Part shown: positions 60,762 to 64,000 of the stretch, piece by piece
How positions within the stretch are numbered: position 1 is the stretch's first letter
How the letters are laid out: the number at the start of each line of letters is the position of its first letter
DNA from: Mobula hypostoma
Lineage: Eukaryota
Direction of reading: 5' to 3'
Length of the DNA stretch: 64,000 nucleotides
Assembly (NCBI RefSeq): GCF_963921235.1
Contig: NC_086109.1
Coordinates: forward strand, 16,122,001-16,186,000
The notes under the pieces: generated by a model
What the model was told of the DNA's origin: nothing
What the model saw: only the letters and a program-made list of their open reading frames with translations
The model's database searches: none
Made by a program: the position numbers and the translations under genes

Positions 60762-62969
60762 TATTCAGTCCTTACGGCCATGTTGGTGGTTTCAGGGTGG
60801 GCAGGTTGGAAACATCCAGTGCTGCAGTGCCATACACGATGGATCTTTGCCTGTCCCTCAGCTGTCTCAAACAATTGTGCATTCCACATTCTTTTGAATT
60901 CCCGCTTAGATTTATTGTGGCTGTGTTTTCTGTATTACTCTCAGTTTATCACAAGTAGAAACAGAGCCTATGAAGCAGCTTTTTCACACAATGCCAACTG
61001 AGTCCAAGTGTGCTGAGAACTTTCCACCTCTCAGTCGCTTTGCTGCCCATCATATGAGACAAGTGGTGGCTATTGGCATGGTCAGGTCAATTACTAAGAA
61101 AGAAATTTCTACAAAAGCTGCCAGGGACGCCAGTAAAATACTTAAAAAGTGAATATCACCACTGGGCACCAAGAATGAGCAACCCTGAGATGGATACTGA
61201 AATTTAAGGCTGGTGAGCATATGGAATGAGCTGCCAGAGGAAGGTTGATAGAACACTTACAATTACAACATTTAAAAGGCATTTGGACAACTGGTTGGGA
61301 ATGGTTTAGAGGGATATAGGCCAAACACAGGCATATGGGTCTGGCTCAGGGAAGGCAATTTGGTTAACGTAGGCAGGTTGAGCCAAAGGACCTAATTCTG
61401 TACTGTATAGCTCTAAATCAGTGCTTTACCTTAAAGAACTTAATAAAGTTAAGTATTGGAAGCACAGTGTCATAGGGCAATACAGTAAAGATGCAAGCCC
61501 TTTGACAACAAGAGTCCATGCTAACTGCAGCACCCACTAGCTAGTTCCAATTTCCTGCATACAGCCCTTATGCATCCAAGCCTTGCTGAAGGGGACATTG
61601 GATAAAGAGAAGTCATCTTCAGTTCCTCTACACTGAATAGCTCTCCAGTAACATTATGTAGTATCCATGATTTTGGTCCATATCTTCGAAGAAATCGATC
61701 TTCTGGGCTTTATATCAGTCTCCACTGAATTCCAGGCTGGGTTCCAACTCATGACAACTCCAGTGAAGATAAAAACTCCCTTCTAATTATTTTGCCAATT
61801 ACCTTATGACTGTGTCTTCTGGTAACTCTCTCCTTTATTACTGGAAATAATTAGGTACTTTGTCAAAACATCATGTGATTTTGAACACTAGATGTTTCTG
61901 TAAGAAAAAAGAAAAGAAAGAAAAAGAAAAGAATTATCTTACTTGTTCATTGTTTGACTGTGGTTGCTGCTGGCAAGGATACCATTTTCAACTTTTCCAT
62001 ACTTTTCTTTGAGAAAGTGCTACAAGTTCACTTGATCCAATGTATCCCTGTGGTCAAGATGTTCCTAGATGTTCCTTAACAGGAGAATTTCAAGGTATTA
62101 ATACCAGAAAACCTCCAAGAGGACCACATGGTGTCATGGTTGGGAGGCTTGTATACCTCAGTAACCTGTAGTGCTATGCTGGCTGGAGTCAGGGCCTTAT
62201 GCTTTGGCCAAAGAGGTTCAAGGGTAGAGGCCAGACTATGAATGGTTCAGTGGTTCTCCAGGTTTGGAGGTTCAGCCCAAGGCTAACAATGTTGACTTGT
62301 AAAAGAAAACTGTTATGGAAACAGCAATGAAGAATCCTTCTACATCTGTGTGCGATGGTATTCCTGAGTTTCCATATGGGACTTGCACAGCTGCCAAAAC
62401 CAGACAGAGATGGAGGCCCTTCATTGGTGCCCTAAATGCCAGTGATTGACAGTAAGTAAGATGGCAGAACAGTTGAGAAGGTTTGTAACTTTGGGGAGAA
62501 CCAGAAGATAATGGTGCTCCTAATATTTTATATGCAGCAAGTTTATGTTTTAGATAACCTCGAAGGATGCATGCTGTTCGGGATTCCAGCACAGGAAAAT
62601 AGATGAGAAAATCAGTTTTTTTGGTCCATACAATCTATGCTAGTACTTAAATAACATAGTTAACTTAATTATACTCTGCCTCCTTTAATATTTCCCTTTT
62701 CCAGAAATTGCAATTTGTTTTTTGTTGAAGAATGACTGATTCAATATTTTGAGGGAGTCAATTCCACATTCTACTAACCCCCATGTGAAGAATTTTGTTC
62801 CATCATGAGATAAATTTATTTTGGCCATTATCCTGAAGCAGCAGTTTTCATAAGACATTAGAGCAAAATTAGACCATTTGGCCCATCGAGACTGCACCTA
62901 GGTGCGACTCGAGTAGCAGCAGTACTCTCAGTGGATACAATTAAATATTCCCATTTCAGCCTGATACAG

Positions 62970-64000
62970 CTAAAAAGCACAACTGCTTCCTGACACCTTC
63001 ACCATTGTTTTGGGGGATTTTAACCAGGCCAGTCTGAAAAACTCACTCAGCAACTACCATCAACAGATCACTTGCAATACCAGAGGAAGTAACACACTGG
63101 ATTATTGCTACACCAACATCAAGAATGCCTACCGTGCTATTCCACGCCCTCAGTTCGGGAAGTCTGATCATCTGGCTGTACTTCTACTCCCTGAGTATAA
63201 GCAGAGACTGAAGACTGTAGCACCAGTGTTGAGGACCAGGAAGGTATGGACCAGGGAAGCATAGAGGCGCCTACAGGACTGCTTTGAATCAGTGGACTGG
63301 ACTGTATTCAGGGATTCATCTTCGAACCTGGATGAGAATGCTGCAGTTGTTAGCGACTTCATTAAAACCTGTGTGGTTGAGTGTGTGCGATGTAGTTATA
63401 AAGAAGGCAAGACAGCAGCTATACTTTATTAGGAACTTGAAGATATTTGGCATGTCAACAAATACACTCAAAAACCTCTATAATTGTACTGTGGAGAGCA
63501 CTCTGACAGACTGCATCACTGTCTGGTATGGAGGGGCTACTGCACAGGACTGAAAGAAGCTGCAGCAGGTTGTAAATCTAGTCAGCTCCATCTTGGGCAC
63601 CAGCCTACAAAGTACCCAGGACATCTTTAGGGAGCGGTGTCTCAGAAAGGCAGCGTCCATTATTAAGGACCTCCAGCACACAGGGAATGCCCTTTTCTCA
63701 CTGTTACCATCAGGTAGGAGGTACAGAAGCCTGAAGGCACACACTCAGCCATTCAGGAACAGCTTCTTCCCCTCTGCCATCCGATTCCTAAATGGACATT
63801 GAATCTTTTCACTACCTCACTTTTTTTTAATATACAGTATTTCTGTTTTCACACATTTTTTAAAAATCTGAAATTGATTTATTTGTTTATTTATTATTAT
63901 TTTTATTCTGTTCATTATTTTTTGCTCTCTGCTAAATTATATATTGCATTGAACTGTTCCTGCTAAGTTAAGAAATTTCACGTCACGTGCCGGTGATAAT
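62970..64000 (+). mobile_element. Rex1/Babar-type LINE: APE fragment abutting a 3' end
   Basis: GDFNQASLK...TLDYCYTNIKNAY...GKSDHLAVLLLP (63010-63264), then KKARQQLYFIRNL...RNSFFPSAIRFLN from about 63385. Confidence 0.85.

Overview
Vertebrate genomic DNA, most likely a cartilaginous fish and probably a ray. This is inferred from the repeat content: CR1 and Rex1/Babar LINEs, SacSINE1-like DeuSINEs, V-SINE-like fragments and Penelope-derived short elements. No intact host gene or confidently identifiable exon was found; the window looks like a repeat-rich intergenic or intronic region with some unique, possibly conserved, non-coding blocks. The standout feature is a complete Gypsy (Mag-like) LTR retrotransposon at 3140-6358, with two LTRs, a perfect GTGTC target-site duplication, PBS, PPT, gag and protease. 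Its RT-RNaseH-integrase region is replaced by a full-length, intronless copy of the host SUDS3 (SDS3, Sin3-HDAC corepressor subunit) mRNA, joined in frame to the protease; the whole unit is now decayed. Other notable items are a second gag-protease-only LTR element with nested insertions, Penelope-derived repeats with minimal hammerhead ribozyme motifs, two near-identical young CR1 copies, a chimeric CR1, foldback mariner MITEs, and a locally duplicated non-coding block with a conserved core. All identifications were made by eye without database searches, so boundaries of decayed repeats are approximate.
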